Shown in pieces: positions 19,803 through 29,344 of a DNA stretch of 38,214 bases. The position numbers were made by a program, and so were the translations under genes. The DNA is from Fidelibacterota bacterium (lineage in GTDB: Bacteria > Fidelibacterota > Marinisomatia > Marinisomatales > TCS56). Every line of letters starts with the position of its first letter. Position 1 is the first letter of the stretch. The stretch is from NCBI GenBank assembly GCA_043822705.1, contig JBDRBK010000098.1, forward strand, positions 1-38,214. The letters are read 5' to 3'. The notes beneath the pieces are model-generated. The model had not been told where the DNA came from and ran no database searches. It saw only the letters and a list, made by a program, of their open reading frames with translations.

Positions 19803-20729
19803 ATGCGTCTCATATTCATGGGGAATCCCGAGTTTGCCGTTCCCAGCCTGCGACGACTGGTAGCTTTCGACCACGATTTGGCCGCCGTGGTCACCAGTCC
19901 CGACCGGCCGGTGGGACGCGGACGGCGACTGCAACCGACGGCGGTGGCCGCCGTGGCCTCCGAGCTGAATCTGCCACTATTACAACCGGATTCATTGCGT
20001 GATCCGGATTTCCACCAGCAGCTCACGGAACTGCACCCGGATTTGCTGGTTGTTGTCGCTTTCCGGATTTTACCGCAGACTATTCTAACTGTACCGACCC
20101 GTGGCACCGTCAACCTGCACGGTTCGCTGCTGCCCCGCTATCGCGGTGCCGCCCCGATCCAGCGGGCCCTGATCAATGGTGACAGCAGTACCGGTCTGAC
20201 CACGTTCCTGGTCGAACCGAGTATCGATACCGGCAATATTCTGGACCAGATCGAAGTACCGATCACTGCCGATGATGACTACGGCAGCCTGGCCGAAAGA
20301 ATGAGCCGAATCGGTGCCGATCTGCTGGAAGGGACGATTGCCAGATTGCAGCAGGGCGTCCCAGGAAGTATCCGGCAGAACGAGCAATTGGTCACCCGGG
20401 CGCCGAAGATAACCCGGGAATTATGTCACATCGACTGGCAGGCCACTGCGACGGAAATTCATAATTTGATTCGCGGGTTGGCACCCGAGCCGGCCGCATT
20501 CACCATTCTGGGCGGTCAACGTCTGAAAATATTCCGCAGTGCCGTGACCACCACCACCAAGACCGGTGAACCGGGACTGGTGTTGCAGCACACCGACGAA
20601 GAACTGGTGATCCAGACCGGGCGCGGTGCACTGGCGATCCTCGAATGCCAGTTGGAAGGCAAACGCCGGTTGCTGGTGACCGATTTTCTACGGGGCAGTC
20701 CGGTCAAGGCCGGTGACCGCTTGAAATGA
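19803..20729 (+). CDS. fmt: Methionyl-tRNA formyltransferase
   Basis: IFMGNPEFA, PDRPVGRG, NLHGSLLPRYRGAAPI. Confidence 0.96.
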   Translation: MRLIFMGNPEFAVPSLRRLVAFDHDLAAVVTSPDRPVGRGRRLQPTAVAAVASELNLPLLQPDSLRDPDFHQQLTELHPDLLVVVAFRILPQTILTVPTRGTVNLHGSLLPRYRGAAPIQRALINGDSSTGLTTFLVEPSIDTGNILDQIEVPITADDDYGSLAERMSRIGADLLEGTIARLQQGVPGSIRQNEQLVTRAPKITRELCHIDWQATATEIHNLIRGLAPEPAAFTILGGQRLKIFRSAVTTTTKTGEPGLVLQHTDEELVIQTGRGALAILECQLEGKRRLLVTDFLRGSPVKAGDRLK

Positions 20730-20733
20730 ACCG

Positions 20734-22059
20734 ATGAAATCCCGGGAAGCCACCCTGGATATCCTGGACCAGGCCTGGCAGCGCAACAAACGGCTGTCGG
20801 ATATTAGAGACGCTTATTTTAAAACCCACTCCCTGCCGGTGAACATTCGCCAGCGGATTACCAGCATGACGCAGGAAATAACCCGCTGGCAAGGGCGGCT
20901 CGATTACTGGCTTGGTCAGGTTTCGCATCGACCCCTGACCGACCTGCAGCGCCGCCTGCTGATTCTGCTGCGCATCGGTGCTTATGAAATATTGCTGGAC
21001 GACCAAATCCCCGATTATGCCGCCATTAATTCAGCGGTGGATCTGGCGCGCCGCCGTGTCGGCCGGCAGGCGACCGGACTGGTGAACGCCACCTTACGGA
21101 ATGTCGCCAAGCTCGACCCGCTGGCGCCGCCGTCCGATCCCGACCACCACACGACCGAAGCAGACTGGTACTCCTTTCCCCGCTGGCTGTGGGGACGCTG
21201 GATCGATCGTTACGGCCCGGAGGATACGCGGGCACTGGGTGGTTATTTGAATTCGTTTCCGGCGCTGACGATCCGCCGCGACCGGGGCAGAATTGATAGC
21301 GAGAAGCTGGTGCAAATCCTGGCTGGTGATGGTATTCTAGTGGAACCATTACCTGGCACCGACCTGTTTTTTCAGGTGAGAACCGGCGGTGCCGCTCTGC
21401 GCACTCACCAGTTGTTTAAAACCGGCTGTATCGCTTTTCAGGATCGGGCGGCGGGTGCGGTGGTCGAACTGCTGGACCCGCAGCCGGGCGAGATCATTCT
21501 GGATTTGTGTGCCGCTCCCGGCACCAAGACTGTTTATATAGCCGAACTGCTGGGCCGGTCGGGCGACGGCTGGATTCATGCCAGCGACAGCGATCGCGAA
21601 CGTGTCACCAAGGCCCGGCGGGACGGCGCCCGCCACGGCTGGCGCAATATTCATTGGAATGTCGCCGATGCCACGGTCGCCAGCTTCCCGCTGGCCGACG
21701 GAATTTTGGTGGACGCCCCGTGCAGTGGAACGGGCGTGATCGGGCGGCGTCCCGACATCCGCTGGCGCCGGGTTCCGGCCGATCTGGTGGAACTGGCCGA
21801 ATTGCAGTTGAATATACTTACCAACAGCGCCCGTTACCTGAAGCCGGGCGGCCGTCTGGTGTATGCGACCTGCACGCTGGAACCCGAAGAAAATTGGAAT
21901 GTTGTGAAGGCGTTTCTTAAATTGCAACGGGATTTTACCGTTGCTGAGATCGATCATTTGGTCCCGAAGGAGTGGATCGGTTCCGTTGGTTGCCTGGAAA
22001 CTTTTCCACCCCGCGATCAGGTCGACGGGATTTTTGCGGCCCGGCTCAAAAAAATATGA
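20734..22059 (+). CDS. rsmB: 16S rRNA m5C967 methyltransferase RsmB/Sun
   Basis: NusB-like N-terminus, QD, DLCAAPGTKT, DAPCSGTG, YATCT; follows fmt. Confidence 0.92.
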   Translation: MKSREATLDILDQAWQRNKRLSDIRDAYFKTHSLPVNIRQRITSMTQEITRWQGRLDYWLGQVSHRPLTDLQRRLLILLRIGAYEILLDDQIPDYAAINSAVDLARRRVGRQATGLVNATLRNVAKLDPLAPPSDPDHHTTEADWYSFPRWLWGRWIDRYGPEDTRALGGYLNSFPALTIRRDRGRIDSEKLVQILAGDGILVEPLPGTDLFFQVRTGGAALRTHQLFKTGCIAFQDRAAGAVVELLDPQPGEIILDLCAAPGTKTVYIAELLGRSGDGWIHASDSDRERVTKARRDGARHGWRNIHWNVADATVASFPLADGILVDAPCSGTGVIGRRPDIRWRRVPADLVELAELQLNILTNSARYLKPGGRLVYATCTLEPEENWNVVKAFLKLQRDFTVAEIDHLVPKEWIGSVGCLETFPPRDQVDGIFAARLKKI

Positions 22060-22817
22060 TTCACACACTATTTCGCTACGCTTTCGCACTAACGTTATTC
22101 TCCATCATGGGAATACTGGCCCTGGATGCGCTGGTGCTGCCCCGCTACACCCTGCAGGGCGAAAGTCGCTACCTGATGAATGTCCGCGGGCAGTCGCTGG
22201 AAGAGGCCCAGGCCAACCTGGAACTGGAGGGGTTCAAGGGCGTCGTTTACGACAGCCGCTATTCCAATGAAATAACGCCCGGTACCGTCCTGGATCAGTA
22301 CCCGGTCCCTAATACGAAAGTCAAACCGGGGCGGACGATCAGACTCACAATCAGCGAACCGGAGAAGATGGTCAAAGTGCCCAGTCTGCTGGGACATTCC
22401 CACCGCAGCGCCGAACTGGAACTGCAACAAGTCGGTCTGGTGATCGATACGGTTTATTCCGAGTACAATCCCGATTACCCCAAAGGCACGGTGGCCTGGC
22501 AATATCCCAAGGGCGGTGACAATATGCAGAAGGGTCTGGGCGTTCAGATCACCCTTAGTCTGGGGACGCCGCCGAATTTCTTCGAGGTACCAGATCTGTT
22601 CGGATTGAGCCTGACCAAAGCCAGGGAAAACCTCACCAAGGCGCGCCTGCGGCTGGGCAAGGTTTCCTACCGGCAGAATGAAGATTTGATACCTTATACC
22701 GTCCTGGATCAGTCGATTCCGGCGGAAACGGTGCTGGATCGCTCCCAGCCGATCGATTTAACCGTCAGCGTGTTGAATTTGATTGATATTCTCCATCAAT
22801 TGACCGGCGACCAGTAA
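22056..22817 (+). CDS. Membrane-anchored protein with three PASTA domains
   Basis: ATGA overlap with rsmB; one TM followed by repeats NVRGQS..EA, VPSLLG and VPDLFG with V..Q.P motifs. Confidence 0.88.
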   Translation: MIHTLFRYAFALTLFSIMGILALDALVLPRYTLQGESRYLMNVRGQSLEEAQANLELEGFKGVVYDSRYSNEITPGTVLDQYPVPNTKVKPGRTIRLTISEPEKMVKVPSLLGHSHRSAELELQQVGLVIDTVYSEYNPDYPKGTVAWQYPKGGDNMQKGLGVQITLSLGTPPNFFEVPDLFGLSLTKARENLTKARLRLGKVSYRQNEDLIPYTVLDQSIPAETVLDRSQPIDLTVSVLNLIDILHQLTGDQ

Positions 22818-23408
22818 TTGTTACCAGTACCGGTATTGTTGCGTAAGCTGATCCATTTGGGCGGCACGGTTGTGCCGCTTGGCTATCTTTTTCTGCTTCC
22901 CGATCGGATTACCCTGGCAACCATCCTGGGCCTGACCGCCGTGGTCTTTCTGGCAATCGATCTGGCACGGATTCGAAAGCTGCCGATTATCACCAGATTG
23001 TTCGCGGCCTTGTTCGACCGGATGCTGGTGGCGGGGGAACTGGGCGGTCGGATCACCGGTGCGACCTGGCTGCTAATCGGCGCATTTTTCACAGTACTGA
23101 TTTTTCCCCGTGAAATTGCGATCTGGTCGCTGTTGGTGGTTACGGTGGGCGATCCGTTGGCGGCCCTGGTCGGCAGTTGCTGCGGACGCAGCCGGATCGG
23201 CGGTAAATCGCTGGAAGGCACACTGGCCGGTATTTTATTCACTTTTCCACTGGTATATTTGATACCGGACTTATCGATCGGGCTGGCGCTGATCGGCCTG
23301 GCGACCGGAATGCTGGTCGAACTGCTACCACTGCCGATCAATGATAATTTGGCGATACCGCTGTTTTCCGGCGCTATCATGACAGTATTAAGGACGATTT
23401 TGGGATGA
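22818..23408 (+). CDS. Polyprenol/dolichol kinase-like (cytidylyltransferase family) membrane protein
   Basis: RKLIH, GDPLAALVG, KSLEG, INDNL.IP. Confidence 0.8.
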   Translation: MLPVPVLLRKLIHLGGTVVPLGYLFLLPDRITLATILGLTAVVFLAIDLARIRKLPIITRLFAALFDRMLVAGELGGRITGATWLLIGAFFTVLIFPREIAIWSLLVVTVGDPLAALVGSCCGRSRIGGKSLEGTLAGILFTFPLVYLIPDLSIGLALIGLATGMLVELLPLPINDNLAIPLFSGAIMTVLRTILG

Positions 23409-25480
23409 CATTCCTGGCACCAAGTATTTTGTGGGGACTGGCCGCGGCCATGATCCCGATTCTGATTCATCTGTTCAGCCTGCGCAATACCCGCGAAGTC
23501 GATTTCAGCACCCTGCAGTTTATCAAGGAACTGGAACACGAGACAATCCGGCGCCTGAAATTGAAACAATGGTTGCTGGTCGCCCTGCGGGTCCTGATCA
23601 TCATCTGCCTGGTCATGATGTTCGCCCGGCCGGTCCAGCGCGGTTTCGCCGCCGGTTGGAAGGCCGGTGAGCTGGAATCCCGGGTATTGATATTTATTGA
23701 TAATTCCGCCAGTATGACGGCGGAATTCGAGGTCGGCTCGCGGCTGGAAGCAGCCCGAAAGATCGTGCCGCAGATTCTTTCGGTGTTCGAAGGCCGGACG
23801 CGGCTGGACCTGTACCAGACTAACCCGGTCCGGCTGGTTTATTCCGGTGGCAGCAGCGCCGCCGATGATATCCGCAGCGCCCTGGCCGATATTCCCCAGA
23901 CCGGCACGCGCGATTTTTTGTGGCGTAATATCGACTCGGTCCTTTCCGCCATCACTGTCGAAGAGCCCAACCGGGAATGCTTTATCCTCAGTGATTTCCA
24001 AGATGCTCCGGGCAGCAAATTCCAGCCCGGTGCGCCGGCTGACAGCGTTGCCGGAGACTGGCGCTACTACTGCATCGCCTTTTCGCCGCCGGCTGACAAT
24101 CTGTCGCTGCGCTCGGCCGAACCGGCCAATCAACTGCGAATGCCGGAGCAATTGCTGAAAATCAGTACGGTGATTCGCAATGACGGCAGTATTGACCGCA
24201 GCAATGTTCCGGTTGAATTATACCTGAACGACGACCGCGTCGGGCAGGTCGTCTCGGGCTTCGAAGCCGGGCGGACACGCGAATTTCTGTTCCAGGCCTA
24301 TCCCGGCGCCAGCGGTATTGTCTTTGGCCACCTGACGATTCCCAGCGACGATTTCCCGCTGGATAATGATTACACTTTTGAAATTGTCGTTCCAGCCACG
24401 ATTAACACCACCGTTGTCGGCCCTACGCAGCCGGATATCCATTTATTGCAGACTGCCATCAGATCGATCGATAACGGCAATAACTATATCTTCATGGAAT
24501 CCCGCGTCGGTCAGCGCCCCCAGGCCCTGTTTCTGGATGACACCGATGTCTTGATCCTGTACGACCCGGCCCCGTTTTCGTCGACCGTGCAGGATGAGCT
24601 GAAAAGCTTCCTCAACCGGGGTGGCGGTATCATCTGGTTCGGCGCCGAAAATTCGCTGGCAGCCGAAAACCGGGAGATCGAAAAACAATTCAACCTGCCC
24701 CATGCCCGGGAGTTGACCCGGCTGGAAGGGGAAGCGTTCTATTCGGTCAATGCCGCGAAAGCGGGCCACCCGTTATTGGAAGACCTGGATCTGGCGGACC
24801 TGGAAAACGATCTGCCGCAGGTCTTTCAATATGTGGACGTCTCACTGAACCGTTCGCATAAATCGGTACTGGAAATGAATAACGGCCGTCCGCTGCTGAT
24901 CGATTTTCAGACGCAGGGGGGACGCATATTTTATTTTACTTCACTGCTTGATTTGCGCTGGAACGACCTGGCGTTTCGCGGCCTGGTCGTGCCGCTGCTG
25001 CATCGGATGCTGTTGTTGCTGGCCACCGATGAATCCAATATCCAGCCGGTGGAAGTCGGCCAGCCCAAAGTGATCCCGCTGGACCGTGAACTGCTGCAAA
25101 GTGAGTGGGAATTGATCACACCGTCCGGGAAGCGCATCCTGCAGATTCCCGATTTCGGCGCTGAAAACCTGCGTATCACCGCCACGGCCGAATTAGGCTC
25201 ATACCAGATCATGAATGACGGTGAACTGTATACCGCCTTCTCGACCCGGCTGTCGCCCCATGAATATCCTGCCCAACGGGTCGGCGCCGATGCGGTGCTG
25301 GGGCGCCTGCCGTACAATCGTGCCCGCTGGCTGCCGGCCGGCGATAATATGGCGACGGTGCTCAAGGACACGCGGTTCGGGCGCTCCCTGTGGAGCACAT
25401 TCCTGATTCTGGCCATCATTTTCATGGCGCTGGAAACGGCCCTGGGACGGATAAAAAGCGGCGCGGTGAAGAAGCGTTGA
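23405..25480 (+). CDS. BatA N-terminal domain / vWA domain membrane protein
   Basis: FLAP.ILWGL...IPILIHL, MIDAS-like DNSASM, LSDFQ; C-terminal TM. Confidence 0.82.
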   Translation: MTFLAPSILWGLAAAMIPILIHLFSLRNTREVDFSTLQFIKELEHETIRRLKLKQWLLVALRVLIIICLVMMFARPVQRGFAAGWKAGELESRVLIFIDNSASMTAEFEVGSRLEAARKIVPQILSVFEGRTRLDLYQTNPVRLVYSGGSSAADDIRSALADIPQTGTRDFLWRNIDSVLSAITVEEPNRECFILSDFQDAPGSKFQPGAPADSVAGDWRYYCIAFSPPADNLSLRSAEPANQLRMPEQLLKISTVIRNDGSIDRSNVPVELYLNDDRVGQVVSGFEAGRTREFLFQAYPGASGIVFGHLTIPSDDFPLDNDYTFEIVVPATINTTVVGPTQPDIHLLQTAIRSIDNGNNYIFMESRVGQRPQALFLDDTDVLILYDPAPFSSTVQDELKSFLNRGGGIIWFGAENSLAAENREIEKQFNLPHARELTRLEGEAFYSVNAAKAGHPLLEDLDLADLENDLPQVFQYVDVSLNRSHKSVLEMNNGRPLLIDFQTQGGRIFYFTSLLDLRWNDLAFRGLVVPLLHRMLLLLATDESNIQPVEVGQPKVIPLDRELLQSEWELITPSGKRILQIPDFGAENLRITATAELGSYQIMNDGELYTAFSTRLSPHEYPAQRVGADAVLGRLPYNRARWLPAGDNMATVLKDTRFGRSLWSTFLILAIIFMALETALGRIKSGAVKKR

Positions 25481-25491
25481 GAGACCAAGAA

Positions 25492-26793
25492 ATGACCGGT
25501 GTCAAAGAATATCAACAGGCCGAAAGAGCCTTGCTGGTCGGCGTGATCCACGGTTCCCAGGATGAGATTATCATGCGTGAGCATTTGGCCGAATTGGCCC
25601 TGCTGGCGGATACCGCCGGAGCGATCGTGGTTGGGCAGATCACTCAGCGCATGAAGCGGCTGAACTCGGCTTATTTTATCGGCAAGGGCAAAGCGGAGCA
25701 GCTCGTGCACCAGGCCCAGGAACTGAATGTCCAACTGATAATTTTCGATGACGACCTGAGTCCGGGACAAGTGAAGAATTATCATCAATTGGTCCGGGAT
25801 GTCAAAATAATCGACCGCAGCGCCCTGATCCTCGATATATTCCGCCAGCATGCCCGCAGCCGGGAAGCGCGTACTCAGGTCGAGCTGGCCCACCTGGAAT
25901 ATTTGCTGCCGCGCCTCACCCGGCAATGGACCCACCTGGAACGGCAGATGGGCGGTGTCGGAACCCGGGCCGGCGCCGGTGAAGCCCAGATCGAAGTCGA
26001 CCGGCGACTGATCCGCGATCGCATCAGCCATCTGAAAAAAGACCTGATCAGGATCGAGAAGGAACGGGAGACCCAGGGAAAACGCCGCCAGGATCAGTAT
26101 CGGGTGGCCCTGGTCGGTTACACCAATGCGGGTAAATCGACACTGATGAAAGCCGTCAGCGGCGCCGATGTTTATATCCAGGATCAATTATTTGCGACGC
26201 TGGATACGACGATTCGTTCGGTCGAACTGGATGAATCGCATAAGATGCTGTTAAGCGATACCGTCGGATTCATTCGTAAATTGCCGCCGAATCTGGTCGC
26301 CAGCTTTCGCAGCACCCTCAAGGAGGTGGTGGAAGCCGATCTGATCCTGGTGATCCTGGATGCCTCATCTCCCTGGATTGTCGAGCATTACAACACGATT
26401 CTGACGATTCTCAAGGATCTGGATGCCCAGGACAAGAAAATGTTGATTGTCCTGAATAAGATCGATCTGGTGCCCGACCAGACCGAAATCAGTGTGTTGC
26501 AGGGGCAGTTTCGCGAAGGGATTATGATCTCGGCCCTGGACCGGTTGCGGATAAACCGCCTGCAGACCGCGATCTGCACGGCGATGGATGAGTCCTATAA
26601 AACAGTGGAAATTCGTTTGGGATATCATCAGGGCAAAGCATTGGCGCTGGCTCAGAACGAAGTCGAAATCCTGGACCGCCAGTACGATCCCGATGCCATC
26701 CGCCTGACGATCCGCGGCCGGATCGATCGGATCGATCGGATCCGACAGTTGCTGGCCCGGCCGGAGACGACCGTCGAGCGGGACATAGTTTAA
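25492..26793 (+). CDS. hflX: Ribosome-splitting GTPase HflX
   Basis: ATG at 25492; IGKGK, LILDIF..HA, GYTNAGKST, LFATLD, DTVGFI, NKID. Confidence 0.96.
   Translation: MTGVKEYQQAERALLVGVIHGSQDEIIMREHLAELALLADTAGAIVVGQITQRMKRLNSAYFIGKGKAEQLVHQAQELNVQLIIFDDDLSPGQVKNYHQLVRDVKIIDRSALILDIFRQHARSREARTQVELAHLEYLLPRLTRQWTHLERQMGGVGTRAGAGEAQIEVDRRLIRDRISHLKKDLIRIEKERETQGKRRQDQYRVALVGYTNAGKSTLMKAVSGADVYIQDQLFATLDTTIRSVELDESHKMLLSDTVGFIRKLPPNLVASFRSTLKEVVEADLILVILDASSPWIVEHYNTILTILKDLDAQDKKMLIVLNKIDLVPDQTEISVLQGQFREGIMISALDRLRINRLQTAICTAMDESYKTVEIRLGYHQGKALALAQNEVEILDRQYDPDAIRLTIRGRIDRIDRIRQLLARPETTVERDIV
26719..26742 (+). repeat. In-frame 9-bp tandem repeat in the hflX 3' end
   Basis: CGGATCGAT x2 plus CGGATC, encoding RID-RID-RI. 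Confidence 0.6.
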
Positions 26794-26823
26794 TTCCAGC
26801 CGCTATTCGGTCGGCATGTCCTT

Positions 26824-26851
26824 AAAAACAAAAGCCCCCGGTGCGGGGGCT
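26824..26851 (-). terminator. Intrinsic terminator oriented for the minus strand (may also stop hflX transcription)
   Basis: 8-bp stem AGCCCCCG/CGGGGGCT (26833-26851) followed on the minus strand by TTTGTTTTT. Confidence 0.8.
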
Positions 26852-26857
26852 AAAATA

Positions 26858-27044
26858 TTCCCGTTTTAGACTGTATTTCATGGACCGCGTTTACACACGG
26901 TGGAGGCCTCCCGATCACAGCAAACTTCCTTGATCCGTCGAAGACGAAAAGGCCTGTTTTTTGTTTTCGGAGTACAGCTTCCTGTTTATACTAATTGAAG
27001 ATCCTGAAATAACTGCGCCTAAAACGGGAAGTGTCAAATAACGT
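26858..27044 (-). ncRNA. ssrS: Probable 6S RNA (SsrS)
   Basis: About 175-190 nt with no ORF, lying between a promoter and a terminator. Perfect 12-bp closing stem UUCCCGUUUUAG/CUAAAACGGGAA; further stems UAUUUCA/UGAAAUA and GGAUC/GGUCC; A/U-rich central bubble; CCACC...GGUCCA 3' motif typical of 6S. Confidence 0.7.
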
Positions 27045-27050
27045 TGGTCA

Positions 27051-27079
27051 AATATATAGCGACCCGATTTCGAGTGCAA
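27051..27079 (-). promoter_or_regulatory. Sigma70 promoter of the ncRNA
   Basis: On the minus strand: TTGCAC (27079-27074), 17-bp spacer, TATATT (27056-27051). Confidence 0.7.
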
Positions 27080-27189
27080 TAAAAATCGGATTTGGGGTGT
27101 TGTGACCGTCTGTTGGTATAAGCAAAACGATATTGATTACTTACCGGAACGATACCGTATTTTCGGGAAAATTTATTTATCCGGATGGT

Positions 27190-27288
27190 TCAATTCTGTT
27201 CCGGATAGAAATTCTTTTCGCCCTCGGATTTGGCAATGATGACCGCGCCGATGCTGTCGCTGGTGACGTTGACGACGGTCCGGAACAT
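27190..27288 (-). pseudogene. 3' remnant of a second DAACS (GltP-like) symporter gene
   Basis: Minus frame MFRTVVNVTSDSIGAVIIAKSEGEKNFYPEQN* matches the DAACS TM8 signature (D)MxRTxxNVxxD. Confidence 0.75.
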
Positions 27289-27339
27289 GCCCGGAGATCG
27301 TTGCTCTGGCTGATGCAACCTCCCGATATGTAAATAGTC

Positions 27340-28845
27340 TTATTCTGGTTGTGGTTGTAAACCTTCCAGAGTGTCCACAACTGCTGCACCAACCGCATCA
27401 CCCCACACGTTCACAGTTGTGCGACAGCGGTCTAAAAACCAATCGATTACTAAAATAAGAGATATACCTTCAATCGGTAGGTTTACCGCCTGCAACACGA
27501 TTACCATTGTCACTAATCCAGCTTCCGGGATACCAGCCGCGCCAATGGCAGCCAGAGTTGCGGTGAGAAAAATCACCACCATTTGGACTGAACTAAGATC
27601 AATACCGTATATCTGGGCAATGAAAATTGCTGCAACTGCTTCGTACAGGGCGGTACCATCCATATTTATTGTAGCGCCCAGCGGTATAACAAAACTAGCT
27701 GTCCGCTTGGAAACACCATTGCCACTGATCACGCATTGCATTGTCAGGGGAATGGTAGCCGCGCTGGATGCGGTGGAGAAAGCTGTAGTCAGGGCAGGAG
27801 CGGTATTTAAGGTATAGCGACGAATATTTCGTTGCCCGAAAAATCGCAAGATCAATGGTAGAACAATCGTACCATGGATTAACAGGCCGGCTATAACCGT
27901 ACCGGCATATTTTCCCAGCCGAATTAGTTCGGGTGTGAATCCGCTGAAACCGCCGGCATCACCCAGTCGCCCGGCGATTAATGCACCGATGCCCACCGGA
28001 GCGGTTAGCATCAGGAGCTGGACGATTTTCATTATGGCCTCATTAAGACCTTCAAATACACTAATAACCGGCTGGCCGATTTTACCGAGTGTCGTCAATA
28101 CACCGCCTAACAATAAAGAGAATAGTATCAATGGCAAAACCTCATTATTAGCCATGGCACTGAACAAATTGCGCGGGATTAATCCAATTACTACGTCACG
28201 CAAAACAACTCCTACCGAATGGGGTCTGCCTTTGACCTTTTCCACGATTGCCAGATCGATTCGTAAACCCTTGCCGGTTACGTTCGGTTGGATTTGCTCA
28301 CCAGCCGGATTTTCCCATTGCTTGACTGTAATATTCAGTAAATCGTTTCCGGTAATTTGCTCCACTACCCCCCGTATATTTTCCTGGTCAGATAGAATGA
28401 CCATGTATCGTTCATCATAGATGCGTTTCAAACCGGGTGAATCTAAAATAATAGTACATCCTTCAACCCGATAGGGCACATCCACCATTAGTTCACCACC
28501 CCGCAAAGCAATGCGTTCCTCTTCCGTATCAGCACTGCCCGGTTGCACAAGATTTACCAGAGTGATTCCGACAATAACTGATAGGGCGGTTGTGGTCATA
28601 TAGTAAATAATAGTTTTGCTGCCGATTCCGCCCACCCGGCGAATATCTCCGAGGCGGCTGATCCCTACTGTCATCGAAGCCATTATCAACGGTACCACCA
28701 GCATCAACAAGGCGCGAATAAATAATTCGCCAATAAATTTGATCCCCAGACCCCCAGCGGGCCAAAAGCCTCCGAATAATACTCCACAGATAATACCGGC
28801 GAGAATGCCAAATAATAATTTATTTGAGTTTGTTAGACGATTAAT
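27340..28845 (-). CDS. Dicarboxylate/amino acid:cation (DAACS) symporter, glutamate/aspartate type; probable non-canonical start
   Basis: [34 protein letters not shown]. The frame is open upstream of 28710 through a TM1-like segment ([18 protein letters not shown]) to AAGGAG-cggt-ATC-ATT; start placed at ATT 28845. Confidence 0.85.
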   Translation of the reverse strand: MNRLTNSNKLLFGILAGIICGVLFGGFWPAGGLGIKFIGELFIRALLMLVVPLIMASMTVGISRLGDIRRVGGIGSKTIIYYMTTTALSVIVGITLVNLVQPGSADTEEERIALRGGELMVDVPYRVEGCTIILDSPGLKRIYDERYMVILSDQENIRGVVEQITGNDLLNITVKQWENPAGEQIQPNVTGKGLRIDLAIVEKVKGRPHSVGVVLRDVVIGLIPRNLFSAMANNEVLPLILFSLLLGGVLTTLGKIGQPVISVFEGLNEAIMKIVQLLMLTAPVGIGALIAGRLGDAGGFSGFTPELIRLGKYAGTVIAGLLIHGTIVLPLILRFFGQRNIRRYTLNTAPALTTAFSTASSAATIPLTMQCVISGNGVSKRTASFVIPLGATINMDGTALYEAVAAIFIAQIYGIDLSSVQMVVIFLTATLAAIGAAGIPEAGLVTMVIVLQAVNLPIEGISLILVIDWFLDRCRTTVNVWGDAVGAAVVDTLEGLQPQPE

Positions 28846-28962
28846 GATACCGCTCCTTTATTTTTCATTAGCAATTGACCGAATTTAATTATTAGCGGAA
28901 GAAAATAAATGATATACTTGCGCTTAAATTGCATAGTAGTTGCAGTTATCGGCGATATCAAA

Positions 28963-29169
28963 TTATTTATTTTCCCGACCTTTGATTTCAGTGTATTTTT
29001 TGAAATAGGAATCGCCGAAGCTGGTGACGAATTTTACCAGCTTGTCAGAAATACTGGCACCATGCGAAGAGCTGTTGACACGTTTGATCAGAATATGAAC
29101 CATCGTATCGGCTAAATCCTGAACATGGGCCATTGTCTCACCCAGGCGTTGTGATAACTTTTTACTCAT
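28963..29169 (-). CDS. Small hypothetical protein (68 aa)
   Basis: ATG-started ORF with helical, amphipathic-looking sequence, filling the gap upstream of DAACS; no clear SD. Confidence 0.45.
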   Translation of the reverse strand: MSKKLSQRLGETMAHVQDLADTMVHILIKRVNSSSHGASISDKLVKFVTSFGDSYFKKYTEIKGRENK

Positions 29170-29344
29170 TTTGTTAATTCGATAATCGATTCAATATCCG
29201 TTACCAGCTGTCCGCCAGCGAAATTACAACAGACATAAACAGTGGTCAGGTTGTTTTTTTCCTGATTGCAGAGCAGTCCATTTATATTGGGCCTGTCCGA
29301 CCCCGGGATTAAATTCGGAGCCAAATTAAGAGCGAGTGGTTGAA

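Noticed and set aside
21349..22089. 246-aa minus-strand ORF
   Set aside because: Antisense shadow of rsmB
22883..24151. 422-aa minus-strand ORF
   Set aside because: Antisense shadow of the kinase-like and BatA genes in GC-rich DNA; no recognisable motifs
24931..26187. 418-aa minus-strand ORF
   Set aside because: Antisense to BatA/hflX, which have clear family motifs
27133..27333. 66-aa plus-strand ORF
   Set aside because: Better explained as the antisense of the DAACS remnant
28918..28933. Possible sigma54 promoter (TTGCGC-N5-TTGCA)
   Set aside because: It lacks the invariant GG of the -24 element
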